A model generated the notes under the pieces. That model did not search any database and had not been told where the DNA came from. It saw nothing but the letters and a program-made list of their open reading frames with translations. A program made the translations under genes and the position numbers. From Octopus vulgaris (taxonomy: Eukaryota): 64,000 nucleotides of DNA. Positions 1 to 14,150 of this stretch are shown here, piece after piece. How positions within the stretch are numbered: the stretch's first letter is position 1; every line of letters starts with the position of its first letter. The DNA lies in NCBI GenBank assembly GCA_951406725.2, contig OX597821.1, forward strand, positions 16,306,001 through 16,370,000, given 5' to 3'.

Positions 1-1675
1 ACCTTTCCTAGCTGGTTGTAATGTCATAGTTTCTTGTTAACGTATTTTCTTGTCTTGTCTTTCCATTTCTCATCTCTCTCTCTCTCTCTCACACACTCCT
101 TTGTATTCCCTCTTTTACGATACGTCGCCAATCTCCACGGTTGCTGGCAACTGCTTCTTAATTGCTAATGTTGATGTTGCAGGGCTTCATGTCCTTTTTG
201 CAAACATCACTGTAACGTAAGAACGGTCTTCCCACAGACCTAGTACCCCTAGCAAGCTCTCCGTAGAGTATGTCCTTGGGGATTCTGCCATCTTTCATAC
301 GGCTAACATGCCCAAGCCATCTCATACGTCTTTGTTTGAGGAGTGCAAACATGCTTGGTATTCCTGCTTGCTTAAGGACATCTTTGTTGGGGATATGATT
401 CTGCCATTTGATGCGGAGGATTTTCCGGAGGCAGCGCAGGTGAAAGATGTTTAGGCGACGCTCTTGGCGTGTGTATGGCGTCCAAGTCTCACTTCCATAG
501 AGTAGAGTGCTAAGTATACATGCCTGGTAGATCTTCATTTTCGTGGTCTTGGTCAGCTTATTGTAGTCCCATGCCCGTTTGAAGAGTTGGGCCATCGCAG
601 CAGCTGCCTTGCCAATGCGTATATTGAGCTCAGCGTCAAGGTTGTAGGTGACGGTAGAGCCAAGATAGGTTAACTTCTCCACCTCCTGTAATCTGTGGTC
701 TCCAATATGTATGTTTGGGATGTCCGATGTAGCCTGACCCATGATGTTGGTCTTCTTAAGGCTGATAGCTAAGCCTTTGGAGGGCTTCTTCTGTGTGTGA
801 TACCAGAGCGGCATCATCAGCAAATAGCATCTCCTTGATCAGGACGCTTCTGATTTTGGTCTTGGCACGCAGGCGCGAGATATTGAACAGTTCCCCGTCA
901 CTTCTACGGTGCAGAAACACTCCATCATCTGATGTCTGAAAGGCATGTGAGAGCAAGAGCGAGAAGAAGATATCAAATAATGTAGAAGCGATGACACAAC
1001 CTTGCTTTACCCCGTTTTTTATTTGGAAGGCGGCTGATGTTGAACCATTGTGCTGTATGGTGCCTTGCATATCATCATGGAAAGACTTGATGATCCTCAG
1101 CAGCTTTGGTGGACATCCGATTTTTTGGAGCAGGATGAAGATACCTTTTCTACTTACCGAGTCAAAGGCCTTTGACAGATCAATGAAGGCCATATATCAT
1201 GGCATTTTCTCCTCTCTGGACTTCTCCCGAAGTTGGCGTATGTTGATTTCCACACCCCGATTCCGGATAGATACGAGAAGCAAGTAGTTGTAGCCTGGCC
1301 AGGATAACGCGAGCAACGGTCTTTCCAACAGTGCTTAGAAGAGATATTCCACGGTAATTGTTACAATCAACACGGTCACCTTTGTTTTTGTAAAGCGTAA
1401 TGATGTTAGCATCCCGCATATCCTGAGGGACTATACCCTCTTCCCAACACTGACACATAAGCTCATGAAGGTGCCGAAGCAGGATGGTGTTTTTGCCGGC
1501 TTTGATGATCTCTGAGGGGATACCGTCTTTTCCCGGAACCTTGTTACTTGCTAGGGAGTAATAGCCTTGGTGAGCTCTGCTTTAGATGGAGGACTGTCAA
1601 GTTCGCACATGACTGGCAAGATCTTGACACTCGCGATTGCAGCCTCAGCTACTGTAGTCTCCCGTGAGTAGAGAG
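1..1675 (-). mobile_element. RTE-clade LINE, 5'-truncated, frameshifted reverse transcriptase
   Basis: ORF pieces 1180-1458, 756-1193 and 158-823 carry KNKGDRVDCNNYRGISLLS, FIDLSKAFDSV, GVKQGCVI, FADD, LLYGSETWT and RWLGHVSRM..GRIPKDILYGEL, in the order expected for an RTE RT. The 5' end abuts (TA)n and the 3' part runs to the window edge. Confidence 0.95.
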
Positions 1676-2212
<537 letters not shown>

Positions 2213-2225
2213 GTATATATATAGG

Positions 2226-2266
<41 letters not shown>

Positions 2267-2499
2267 GGTATGTATGTATTTATGAATAGGCACAGTTATA
2301 CGTATATAAACTCACATACAGAATACAAATGCTCATGCATGTTCCCTCATTTTAAGGTATATTTTCGCTGTATCTTTACTTTATTTTATCATAGTTGTAA
2401 GTGTTGCTGTGATGAATCTACAATACCTTCACTTGAAGCGTCTGCGCTTGAGTTCTACTTATCGCGGTCGTTACATATCGCTAAGCGATGGTACTTTTG

Positions 2500-2815
2500 G
2501 GTTTCTGGTTGTGATAATGACACGGAACTTGCTGCTACTGATGAGGATGATATTAAAAGATGATGATGGACTTGATAATAATGATGTCGAAGACGTCGGC
2601 GATGGTGATGGTGTTGGGTGGGGGGGTTGTAGTGGAGGCGGTGGTAAATGGTGGCTGTAAAGATGATGCTAAGGAAGACGATTAAGGCCGCAATGATATC
2701 GAGAAAGACGATGATGACGATGGCGGCGACGATAATGATGATGATGATGTTGATGATACTAATGGCGGTTGTGTTCGTAGTGGTGGTATCCATGTTGAAA
2801 TTGAAGATGATAATA
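2500..2815. repeat. Degenerate (GAT)/(GGT) trinucleotide low-complexity tract
   Basis: Directly visible. Confidence 0.85.
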
Positions 2816-3846
2816 ACGTTATATATTTTGTTACTTTTTTCTATTTCTAACTCTTTAAGGCAAATACGTAAACATATTCATAAAGGGAATGTTTATATTT
2901 CTTATACACAAATGCACCGATGCATTCATGGAATTAAAGCTAGTTGCAAATATACACATTCACTTCCAATTTGTCTATGAGGAATTCGGAATTAAGCAAA
3001 GAGATGCGTACTCATATAAAGTGGTATGTGTGTGCATGGGTTTCATTGTCTATATTACTATATATATATATATATATGTATGTATATGTATATATATGTA
3101 TGTATGTATGTATATAAATATATACATACGTATGTATATCCATATATATATATATGTATGTATGTATATATATATGTGTGTGTGTGTATATATATACATA
3201 TATACATATATATATATATACATATATATATATACATATACACATATATATACACATATATATACATATATATGTACATATATATACATATATATATATA
3301 TACATACATATATATATATACATATATATATATACATATATATACATATATATATATGTATGTATGTGCTTGTATGTGTGTGTACACATGCACTTAGAAT
3401 ATTATATAAATCTCAAGGTATACAATTCGTGGTGTGTAAACGGTGCAAATTCTGGCAAATATTACTATAATATGTATACACGTCTTCTATTATATAGATT
3501 TAATATACAATATAATGCATTAGATACGTTTATATTTTGTTGCTAGAGTTTGCAAAAAGTTGCTATAAAATAAACGTTCGCTAAGAATCTCTGGAGCCAT
3601 AAATCATGCCAGATTTTCGATATATGATTGCTGTTGTATTTGTGTGCGCTACTTGTTCCATCCTTGTATTTAGCTTACTATATTAATGTGCACGGGATAC
3701 GCCCATCGCCACACACGTACCTGTAATTTTCTTTTCCATTTAAACAGCATTTCTTTTGTATCAATTATAATGTTTGTATTTTACTTTAGGCAGCCATTTT
3801 CTTATATGAATTATAGATCGAATTTCATTTGGTATGTCTATATCTA

Positions 3847-3919
<73 letters not shown>

Positions 3920-4081
3920 CTATATATATATATATACATACAACGCCATATATATCTATATATATGCATAAATAAATATATAAGTATATGCATATATACA
4001 TATATATACACACACACACACACACATATATATATGCGTATAAGTTCCCCTAAACATGCAAGCACGCTTATATATATATAT

Positions 4082-4132
<51 letters not shown>

Positions 4133-4265
4133 TATATATATATATATATATAAGGACTGTGTTACGATTTACTTTTAATTGGATTTGTAATTTTATTAAT
4201 GTTTCTATGTCGGTGGTTGTTAATGTATATGCAGGAAATTACAAACACACACACATAAATAGACA

Positions 4266-4297
<32 letters not shown>

Positions 4298-4437
4298 CAC
4301 TCATATCCTGTTATATATTCAATTGCGTGTGCTATGCACTCGCAGAAATTTAGTCACAACAATTTCTGTGGAGTAAGGCAAGGTATGTACAGTGTTATAC
4401 ATAGAAACACAGTTATTCATGAAGACAATTGCATCTA

Positions 4438-4504
<67 letters not shown>

Positions 4505-4889
4505 GTGTGTATATGTGTTCGTGCACGCGAGTTTGTGTGTATACCCGTGTGTGATTGTGTGTGCGTGTGCGTGTCTGTGTACGTGCGTTTATGCATGTTC
4601 ATGTCTATGTTTCGTGTGTGCGTGCATGTACGTGTGTATATTTTTGTGTAGATATGCGGTCAGGCGAATTTCTATATACAGTCTCCAGGCTCTATTTTGG
4701 GACAAGTTATTTTAAGCCTCTGGGTTATTTTTGAGGATTCTAGCAAAATATACGATGCAGTTTTTCAATTGTCTCAGTGCCAAACCCCTTCAAATCTTGG
4801 GTGACAGTTTAGGCTCAAACCGAAAATTAATCAGTATCAAGAAGTATTATGCGATGATCAGAATATTTTTTAATTTGCTCCCTTTTTTT

Positions 4890-5052
4890 CAATCGAATCT
4901 GGGCAAAACGCTTACCGGCATTTCGTCCGTCTTTCTGTTCTGAGTTTAAATTCTGTCGAGATCGGCTTTCCTTTCATCAGTTCAGTACCAGTTGAGTACT
5001 GAAGTACATTTAATCCCCACAAAAAATTTCAGGTCTTATGCCTTCTGTAGAA

Positions 5053-5060
<8 letters not shown>
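4890..5060 (+). mobile_element. SINE family B, tail type 2, 5'-truncated, followed by (ATT)n
   Basis: ggcatttcgtccg..ttctgagtttaaattc..gcttt.ctttcatc..gtaccagttgag matches the other B copies. Confidence 0.75.
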
Positions 5061-5085
<25 letters not shown>

Positions 5086-5134
5086 ATTATTATTATTGTT
5101 CTTGTTATTCTTACTACTACTGCTGCAGCTGCTG

Positions 5135-5408
5135 CGTAAGTGAGGTGTGGACTACAACGCAGATAGGACATCGATAAGCTACGACGCAAGGGACCTTTTA
5201 CTATTTTACTTGTTTCAGTCATTTGACTGCTGCCATACTGGAATACTGCCTTTAGTCGAGCAAATTGATTGCAGGACTCGTTCATTGTAAGCCTAGTACT
5301 TATTCTATCGGCCTTTTTTGCTGAATCGCTAAGTTACGGGGACGTAAACACACCAGCATCTGTTGTCAAGCGACGTTGGGGGGAAAAACACAGACACAAA
5401 CGTACACA

Positions 5409-5440
<32 letters not shown>

Positions 5441-5900
5441 CGGCGGGCTTCTTTCAGTTTCCGTCAACCAAATCCAATCACAAGGCTTTGGTCTCCCCGA
5501 GGCTATAGTAGAAGACACTTGCCCAAGGTGCCACGCAGTGAGACTGAATCCGGAACCATGTGGTTGGTAAGCAAGGTACTTACCACACACCCACTCTATG
5601 GAAAGATCCATGCTAGGAATATTATTTATAGAGAACATTTGAAATCAGATCACTTGGGGACGGAGCGGAGGTGCATGATGTAATCACAGAATACTGAAAT
5701 CAAAAGTTCCGCTGCAAGAATCATGCCACAAGAACACTGGTGCAGTTGTTGAAGGATATCTAATTCAGAAAAGACATCTTGGAAGGTCTCCACGATAACC
5801 GAAATAGAATTTAGGTAAGAAATTTCGGTGAAGATGGAAAAGAACGGTGCAATCGAGGCCAACATTGGAAGCGCATAATAATCAACAGTGTATAATAGCA
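5135..5900 (+). mobile_element. Old RTE LINE 3' fragment interrupted by a family-A SINE
   Basis: agtgaggtgtggactaca = SEVWTT before the SINE, atggaaagatccatgctaggaata = MERSMLGI directly after it, and WKRII near 5870. These match RTE C-terminal motifs. Confidence 0.65.
5195..5596 (-). mobile_element. SINE family A (tRNA-like head, internal microsatellite, agtaaaag tail)
   Basis: Matches the other family-A copies over its full length. Confidence 0.93.
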
Positions 5901-6279
5901 TCTCGTGTTCTGATCAATTCTACGATACTGTGATACTTATGTTGTGTGTGAGCGTGTTTTCTTGTGCTCTATAATTGTGTGTTTATGTGTGTGCTTGTGT
6001 GTATGAGTTTGTGTACGTCTGTGTGTGTGCGTGTTTGTGCATAGTGTGTGAGTCTGTGTTTGACAAGTATATCTTTAAAAAGCAATTTCATACACATCTA
6101 CATACATAGATACACACACACAGTCACACACATATACATGTATTTATAAATGAGATGAAATCAATCTGGTGCCTAAGGGCTCACCTGAACCGAGGTTACT
6201 TTTATTCCTAAGGCTCATTAGCAATGAAGAGTAAAAGACTCCTGTCTGGACTGCGCAACACTATGCTGTGCCAAACCCT

Positions 6280-6520
6280 GCACTCATTAACAACTAGGAG
6301 GAATAATTCAACGCGAAGTATTATACCTTCCAGCATCCATGGACCTAAGACTTACCACCATGAACTTAAGACCCTCATTAGAAGAGCACAGGAATTCATG
6401 ATAGAATGTAATAAATTCTAAATGTGAGGACGTAACGGTAAGGAGTAAGAAAGAGGTAAGAGGAACAAAAAAGAAAACGAAATTCAAATAAACGAGGAAG
6501 TCTGGGATGTTTAACTGTAC
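6280..6520 (+). mobile_element. Penelope-like element relic (RT C-terminal motif)
   Basis: RRNNSTRSIIPSSIHGPKTYHHELKTLIRRA resembles the PLE YRK..T..I..S.HP..K.....L..RA motif. Confidence 0.45.
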
Positions 6521-6700
6521 ATACAAATATACATACATACATACACGCCCGCGCACACACGTGCACATACAAACAAACACACACACACACACACACCACA
6601 CATATTTCAACGGTTTACAAAAGCACAAGCAGACAATTCGAAGATGATTCCTTATTAGTCAACTTCCAGAAGATCCCTACAATTTTACGCCGATATATAT

Positions 6701-6758
<58 letters not shown>

Positions 6759-7463
6759 GTTGCTGTAACTACATTTATTTCAATATTGTGAATAAATAAA
6801 GATTATAACCCTATCGAACAGATAAATTATATTTACACTTGTTCTATATGCAAACGCACGTGCACATATATATATGTGTGTGTGTGTGTACGGGCGCGTG
6901 TGTGTGTGCGTGTGTGTGTATGTGTGTGCGTGTGCATGTATCTATAAACCAGCAATTCATTTATGTGGTGTTATTTTTTATTCCAGGACGTAATAAATCT
7001 TTACAGCTGTTTCCAAATTCGGGAAATTGCTGATATAATGTCATTTATGCAAAAGATATGTACTTAAACAGTTGCACCACATAAAGCATACGAGATTAAA
7101 TATTATCAACCCCAATGATACTTGATATATTCTTGTATTCAATGAATCTTTGAGTGTGTAATTATATTTTCATCATTATCTTGTTTGATACTTGATTGAT
7201 AAACAACTTAAGATATAGAAATAGGTACGTTTTCGTATTTAGTTACAAAGCAAGCTTGTTTCATGTTAGGGCTTCTGGGGATAGAATGAATATAATGTAG
7301 ATGAGGTCAATATTGTTGATACTTATTTTAGGAAAGACGAGCATATTGGTGTAGGTCTACAAAGTTAAAGATTGCTGTGTACCTTCCCATAAAAGTTTGA
7401 TGTACTGGAAACAACCTTGGTGGATGGCTATGATCAGTTGTGAATTATCATGGAACTAATACA

Positions 7464-7696
7464 TATTTCTTTATTACCCACAAGGGGCTAAACATAGATG
7501 GGACAAACAAGGACAGACATAGGTATTAAGTCGATTACATCGACCCCAGTGCGTAACTGGTGCTTAATTTATCGACCCCGAAAGGATGAAAGGCAAAGTC
7601 GACCTCGGCGGAATTTGAACTCACAACGTAACGGCAGACGAAATACCGCAAGGCATTTCGCTCGGCGTGCTAACGCTTCTCCCAGCTCGTCGCCTT
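7464..7696 (-). mobile_element. SINE family B, tail type 1, full length
   Basis: Perfect 14-bp TSD atggaactaataca (7450-7463 and 7697-7710). Head aggcgacgagctgg; tail gccccttgtgggtaataaagaaata. Confidence 0.93.
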
Positions 7697-8384
7697 ATGG
7701 AACTAATACAATGTTGCAAGAAATCCGGTCAAAAGCTGCGATCGACAAGCATTAGTCTCCCTGAATATGGATGATGAAAGGATTACGGAAGTGATGCCGA
7801 AATAAGTTGAGGGAGAGTGAAGCGTAGAAGAGAAGTCGTGAATATTATTTATCGCAAGTCATACTAGCATGACGTCAGACTTGTAATGCAGCCGAGGAAG
7901 GATTGAAGAGTTGAAGGACTTATGTTCGAATCTCGATGGTTAAATACTCGTTAGTCGGGCAAGTAGGAAGTAGGAGCCGATGTGCCTAAAAGCTTTGGAG
8001 GAGAAGGCTCCGAAACAGTGAGTATTCACTCCTGATGTCACCCGGTGTGCGGAAATTTTTGATGGGCAATTTTATTGTTTTACGTGAGGATTGTTATATT
8101 TTGCCATTACAATGTTTGGTCCTTAAGCGTTATTATTCTTATTATTTGTGTTTCTTTGTCAAATCTTTTCGTTGCACATCTTGAGACTGTTTCAACGACT
8201 TTATATACCACATGTCTCTTCTTGTTCTGGTTAACCCTGTCTTTGTGTTATACATATGCTTATCTCTGCCTGAGTTGGCGTTGGTATCTATGTGTGTGTG
8301 CGCGCGTGTCTATGTATTTAACATGTGTGTTTTATGTACGTGTATAACAGTTTGCTTACAACATTATTTTTATTCTCTTTTTAT

Positions 8385-8756
8385 CTCTGTTACTCTTTTA
8401 CTTGTTTCAGTCATTTGACTGCGGCCATGCTGGAGCACCGCCTTTAGTCGAGCAAATCAACCCCATGACTTACTCTTTGTAAGCCTGGTACTTATTCTAT
8501 CGGTCACTTTTGTCAAGCCGCTAAGTTACGGAGATGTAAACACACCACCATCCGCTGTCAAGCACAAACACAGACATATACACGCACATACATATATACG
8601 ACGAGCTTCTTTCAGTTTCCGTTTACCAAATCCACTCACAAGTCTTTGGTCGGCCCGAGGCTATACTAGAAATCAAGGTGCCAGGCAGTGCGAATGAACA
8701 CGGAACTATGTGCTTGGTAAGCAAGCTTCTTTCCAGACAGCCACTCCTGCGCCTAT
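8385..8756 (-). mobile_element. SINE family A
   Basis: Homology to family A with small internal deletions. Confidence 0.9.
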
Positions 8757-9251
8757 ATTCGTTTATTTTTATTTTTCATTCCCTGTTTAGTATGTGTATG
8801 AATGTCGTGGGTGTGTATATGGGTTTATGTGTCATACATTTTGTATCTGTGTATTTTACTTTTCTTCTTTTATTCTACCTTCACTCGTCATATTGAGATG
8901 TGATGGAGTGGAGGGGTGTTATCATTCCACTCATGTTTTCTGCTGAGGCTCCGTCTGTGTTTAACTGTGTGCGGGCTCTAATCTAAGTGTCGCGTCTGTT
9001 TTATGTGTTGATAATATTTTAACATGTCTGTTATTAACCGAGCCTCGAGGTCTCTTTATAGAGCTCTAACGAACTTTCCTCCTCCTTGAGCTCCCGTTTG
9101 TTTAAATCATTAGAGTAATGAAAAATATAACGGTATAGTTTGGTATTTTTTTTCTAAAATTGTCATGAGAGCGAAACTGACGTCGATGTAATCCGCTAAA
9201 TCCCTCCCATTGAATTTACTGTTCTTCTGCCAACATTTAAAACCGTTTATG

Positions 9252-9470
9252 TAAGGCGGCGAGCTGTCAGAATTGTTAGCACTCTTAACGGCATTTCGTC
9301 AGTCCTTACATTCTGAGTTAAAATTCCACCAACGTCGACTTTACATTTTATCTTCTAGGGATCGGTAAATCAGTACCAACTGAGCACTAGAGTCGATGCG
9401 ATCGATAAGCCTCCCTACCATTACCCAACAAAATGTCGGACCTTGTTTCTATAATCGAAAGTGTTATTAA
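9252..9470 (+). mobile_element. SINE family B, tail type 2, diverged
   Basis: aaggcggcgagctg..gttagcac..gtcgacttt..gtaccaactgagcact..gtcgatgcgatcga..ggaccttgtttctata. Confidence 0.8.
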
Positions 9471-12400
9471 AATGGTCTTCAAATAATTAAAACTTCTTTT
9501 TCTTTTTCTTTTTTTTTCTTTTGCTGAATGTTAATTAAAGTATTTTATAAAATACGAGTTTATCCAAAACTTCACATTACAGGGCAACTAAATTTTCTTC
9601 CTATGGATAAGAATACAAAGATTTTATTTAAATGATTCCAGTCGTAGAATAATATTGTTTTGAAAGCATTGAAGTGTGTATGTATGTGTTTGCACGTTTC
9701 ATGTGAGATTATGTGAATGTATGTGCAATGTTATATGTGCGAATATGCACTTGTGAGATTGTCTGAGAGTGAATATGTATAAGAGTGTCTGACAATTGCT
9801 ATAACTGGAAATAATATCTAAAATACAAACTAATGTATTTGTGTTTTACTTTGTTGGACATCATTTGGTAGTTTGAATATCAATCATAAATATAAAGAAA
9901 TATTTTGTGTAATGTGTCTGTAAAAACTTATTACAAAATTGTAGTTAAATGTGTTCGCTTTCGTGTTTTACATTTATGAATATATTTATAAATATATTAT
10001 ACATGCCTTCAGCACTGTAATATATCATAGCAGGAATTTGAATAAGATGAATACAAATTAAAATCCTCACATACACATCTATACATGCACACACGCGCAC
10101 ACAGGCACGCATACATACGTATATAATTATGCAAGCACGCAAATACATACACACACAGCTAACATACAGACCCTTAATCACACGTACTTAAATGCATATG
10201 CAGTCGATCGTATGAGTTTGAATATATATGCATATTTGTGCACATATCTAATGCTTCATATATATAATCATTTAAATGTTGGACGTTCAATTAGGATCTT
10301 ACGAGAATGGGGAAAATGATAAATTCATTTTTAATTGTCCAGAACTATTATTAGCGCTTGACAGACTCATTCACTAACACATAGCCAAGCACCCTTAATT
10401 AACTGAAGTAGAAACATATTCATACATTTGCATGAAAATGCAATTAAATTTATGAAGTTATATTATTATATGTTTTTCAAGAAATTAATTCATACACACA
10501 TTGCTTAAGACATACAGTTTCAGACGTTCGCAAATTATCTGCTGTGTGTATTGCATTTAAGTCTCCGTTCATTTCAATTTAGTTGTATATTTTCCTTTAC
10601 AGATAGTTATTAAACATTAAAACTTTCTAGCCTTTCACATGCTATAAAAGAATATTTAGAATGGTTAATAAATCTGTCTGTTTAAACTTACTTGGAGTGA
10701 ATGAAATGAAACGAAACTCACATAAAAATACTTGATATTGAATTTCATACACAAACAAATATAAGTTTATATTTGAATTTATTTCATTCAACTTATTAAA
10801 CTGAGGAAAGGTATTTTGTTTTGCTATATCATATTCACGTTTTTTTTTCTCCTTTAGGAATGGAAATTACTTTACTAAAATGAATAAACAATAATGTATA
10901 ACCACTCAATGAAATGTGAAACCAACGAAAACCACTTTATTCTTTCCCATAGGTGATATTTCTTCCGGAGAATTCGATTTTATTTATTGGAATTCTCGTT
11001 TTATAGGACGTTTTCTCAACAATTACCCCATCCATTCTATACTGTGATTGACGGAGAGACAGTTCTATGCAATAAAATCTCTAGCAAGTATTGGATTACA
11101 ACTCTCATACAAGCAGATTAAGTATTCGTCGACACCACAGAATTTTATCCATTCAATCTTTTGTTCTTACATTTTCTATTTTTATTCCGAGGCTTTATTA
11201 AGATATACTGTCAAAATTTGCAAAGCCTTAGAATCTCTTTCTTCTAATACAATTATCTTCTCACTGATACTTCTACACCTTCATCTCCACTTCTTAGCTT
11301 AGCCAAAAGTAATTTTTCTTTTCTATTACTTTCTTACTTATTTGGATGCGATATTGCACTCTAATCAATGAGACGCCAAATAAATACAAAGCAGCCTTAC
11401 AAATTCCTGAATAAGTCAATACGTAATGATTACCGAAATAAAAATAAATAAATAAATAAAGACTATGTATTCTCTCGAGATTCAGTAGAATGCCCCCTCA
11501 CTAGTTTAGTGGTAACTAAGAAGTTAGGGCGACAATTGCTATATATATATTTTGTCTATTTAACTGCAACTCCATTCGACCTATTTAAGCATGGAGTTAT
11601 GGAGGTAAATATCAAATTTGCTTTTGCTAAACTATATATTCCTTACAGAGAATTTGAACAAGCACTGCATATTTTTTTATTTAGCCAAACCATGAGGACA
11701 GAATAAACAAATGACTCTAAACCTCACCAGAAAAATACAGGCTGAAAGCAGCAATAAAATCTAATTTCAAAACTTGTTCACGATGAGGAAATCCAACGGT
11801 GATCAATACTTCAGTTTATTCTGCAGAGAAATAGTTAACAATATTGCCGTTCCTATTTTACTGTTTCACTTTTAAAGTTTCAATAAATAAAACTAAATAC
11901 AATTAAATCAAAAATTACATAAGTTTCCAAGAATATTAATCATTTCTAGATTAAATAACTGATTAAAATTCAATGACTCATTGCAATCAAAATGATCTAT
12001 TTTCATAATGACTCGAATTTGTTAATTCAACGTGCTAATTACCCATTTATCTATTTCTCATTTTTAATAAATTGCTTCAGACATTTATTAAATAGCATGA
12101 TAGATGGTGAGATATAACAGAGTCTTTATTATTGATTGTTGAATATGATGTTTATTAATAATAATAATAATCTACATAAGTTTTCATTCAAAGTAATGTA
12201 AAATTTAAGTATACATATTTCATAACAAATCAAGCGACTAAATCAATAGCATTAAATCACACACACACACACATATGTATGTTTATAATATTCATATATA
12301 TACATTTTCATATATATATATACACGCATACATATATATACCTGTATGCGTATGTGTGTACGTGTGTATGTGTATTTTTTGCGTGGGTGTACGTGTGTGA

Positions 12401-12710
12401 AAATTTCTTTTTGGGAATTGGATCTCAAAGCCCATAAGTACATGTAAATAAGAAGAAAATTATTTTTAGTGCTTTGCATACAGCATTCACCGATGATTAA
12501 AGACGATGTGATCAAATTACTCAAGTAATACTCTGCTTTTAATATCGCCAAGTTACTGTCTTAACCTCCGTAGAAGATCGTTTCTTTGATCTTTGGGTCG
12601 CAGCAGTTGCAAGTGTCAGATGAATCATATTGCATTATTTACTTATTGTGTGTATGGTAATTATATGTATGTGGAATATTTGATATTTATTGCGTTTCGT
12701 TCTATTGAAG

Positions 12711-12822
12711 GAGATGCCTTCCGATGTCCCAGTTGGAGAATGTGAAGTCAACATTCATGAAAACTTGCAAGTATAAGGAGGAATATCGAGTCTGCGTACG
12801 AATAGATTTTCTACTGTCCAGG
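12711..12822 (+). CDS. Candidate internal exon, Cys-containing, product unknown
   Basis: Pyrimidine-rich acceptor ..ttcgttctattgaag and donor agg|gtaaga; open frame RCLPMSQLENVKSTFMKTCKYKEEYRVCVRIDFLLSR. No homology recognised. Confidence 0.25.
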
Positions 12823-13910
12823 GTAAGAAAGTGATAATTTCTTAGAAGTATTCTATTTTGTGGTTTAACCAGGCGCATACCATGTTGACAAAATGCTCTA
12901 TTCACGAAATAAGAAACCCGAGTTTTGAATTGGAAATCTAATCAGGGGTTCTTATTTCCTCATGTAACTATGCTACTTATGAGTAGTACTTAGGAAAAAT
13001 AATTTGCTAAGTTCGTAACATTTTCTGACTGCATGATAATCGTCCCGTTTTTATATATTCGGTTCACATTAAACTATGTAATCTCCATGTACCAATATGA
13101 CACCACCACGTATCCTCCTCTGACTATTTCATTACTTGTACCTACACGTGTGTATATATATATATATATATGTATGTATAGTTGAAAAACATCGTTATAG
13201 GTATAAATATACCATAAACAATAATAGAAAAATGGAGAAGAAAAAGATGTTGAATCAAAATTAGATTTAACACAAAATAGGATTCTTTATAATCAGCGCG
13301 TTTTGAAGGACAATAAAAGTATGTAAGAAAAAAATGGCATTTTCATCAGTGTGAGGAATTTTCGTAAAGACATCGAAAAAGGTTTAATAAAATAATGTAA
13401 GTTAAAATAAGGGAGAATACAAATGAGGTAATAGGAAAAAAATCGGATATTTACAAGCAAGTTGTAGAAGGGAGAAATAACAGTAAGAGACAAAGAAGAG
13501 AGAAAACGACAGCCACATCAATGTGTATGCAGGTCTATATGCGCGGTAAACAGGGCCACGTGTGTATAGTAGAATATAACGTAACAGGTGGACTAGTAGA
13601 ATAATCCCTAGAGAGTTATACATGTACATATTAATATTGCAAAAGATATATATATATATATATTACATGGGGCTAAAAAGTGATAGGCAAGACTATGTTA
13701 GAAACAAGCTGCAATATTAAAGGAAAAATGTACAAACATTAAGTATCCTTTGTTTTTTTTCTTTGCATGTATATTTATAAAAATAACGATATTTTTCAGC
13801 AACTATTTTCACATTCTTATTAGTTGCTCTGGCTGTTTTATATGAATATGGTGAATCTTTATTAGAAATCATTCTTTCTCTCTTTTTGTACCTCTTTTTA
13901 ATTCGTTTTC

Positions 13911-14150
<240 letters not shown>

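Noticed and set aside
2409-2980. Asp/Met/Val-rich ORFs
   Set aside because: Derived from a degenerate GAT/GGT trinucleotide tract.
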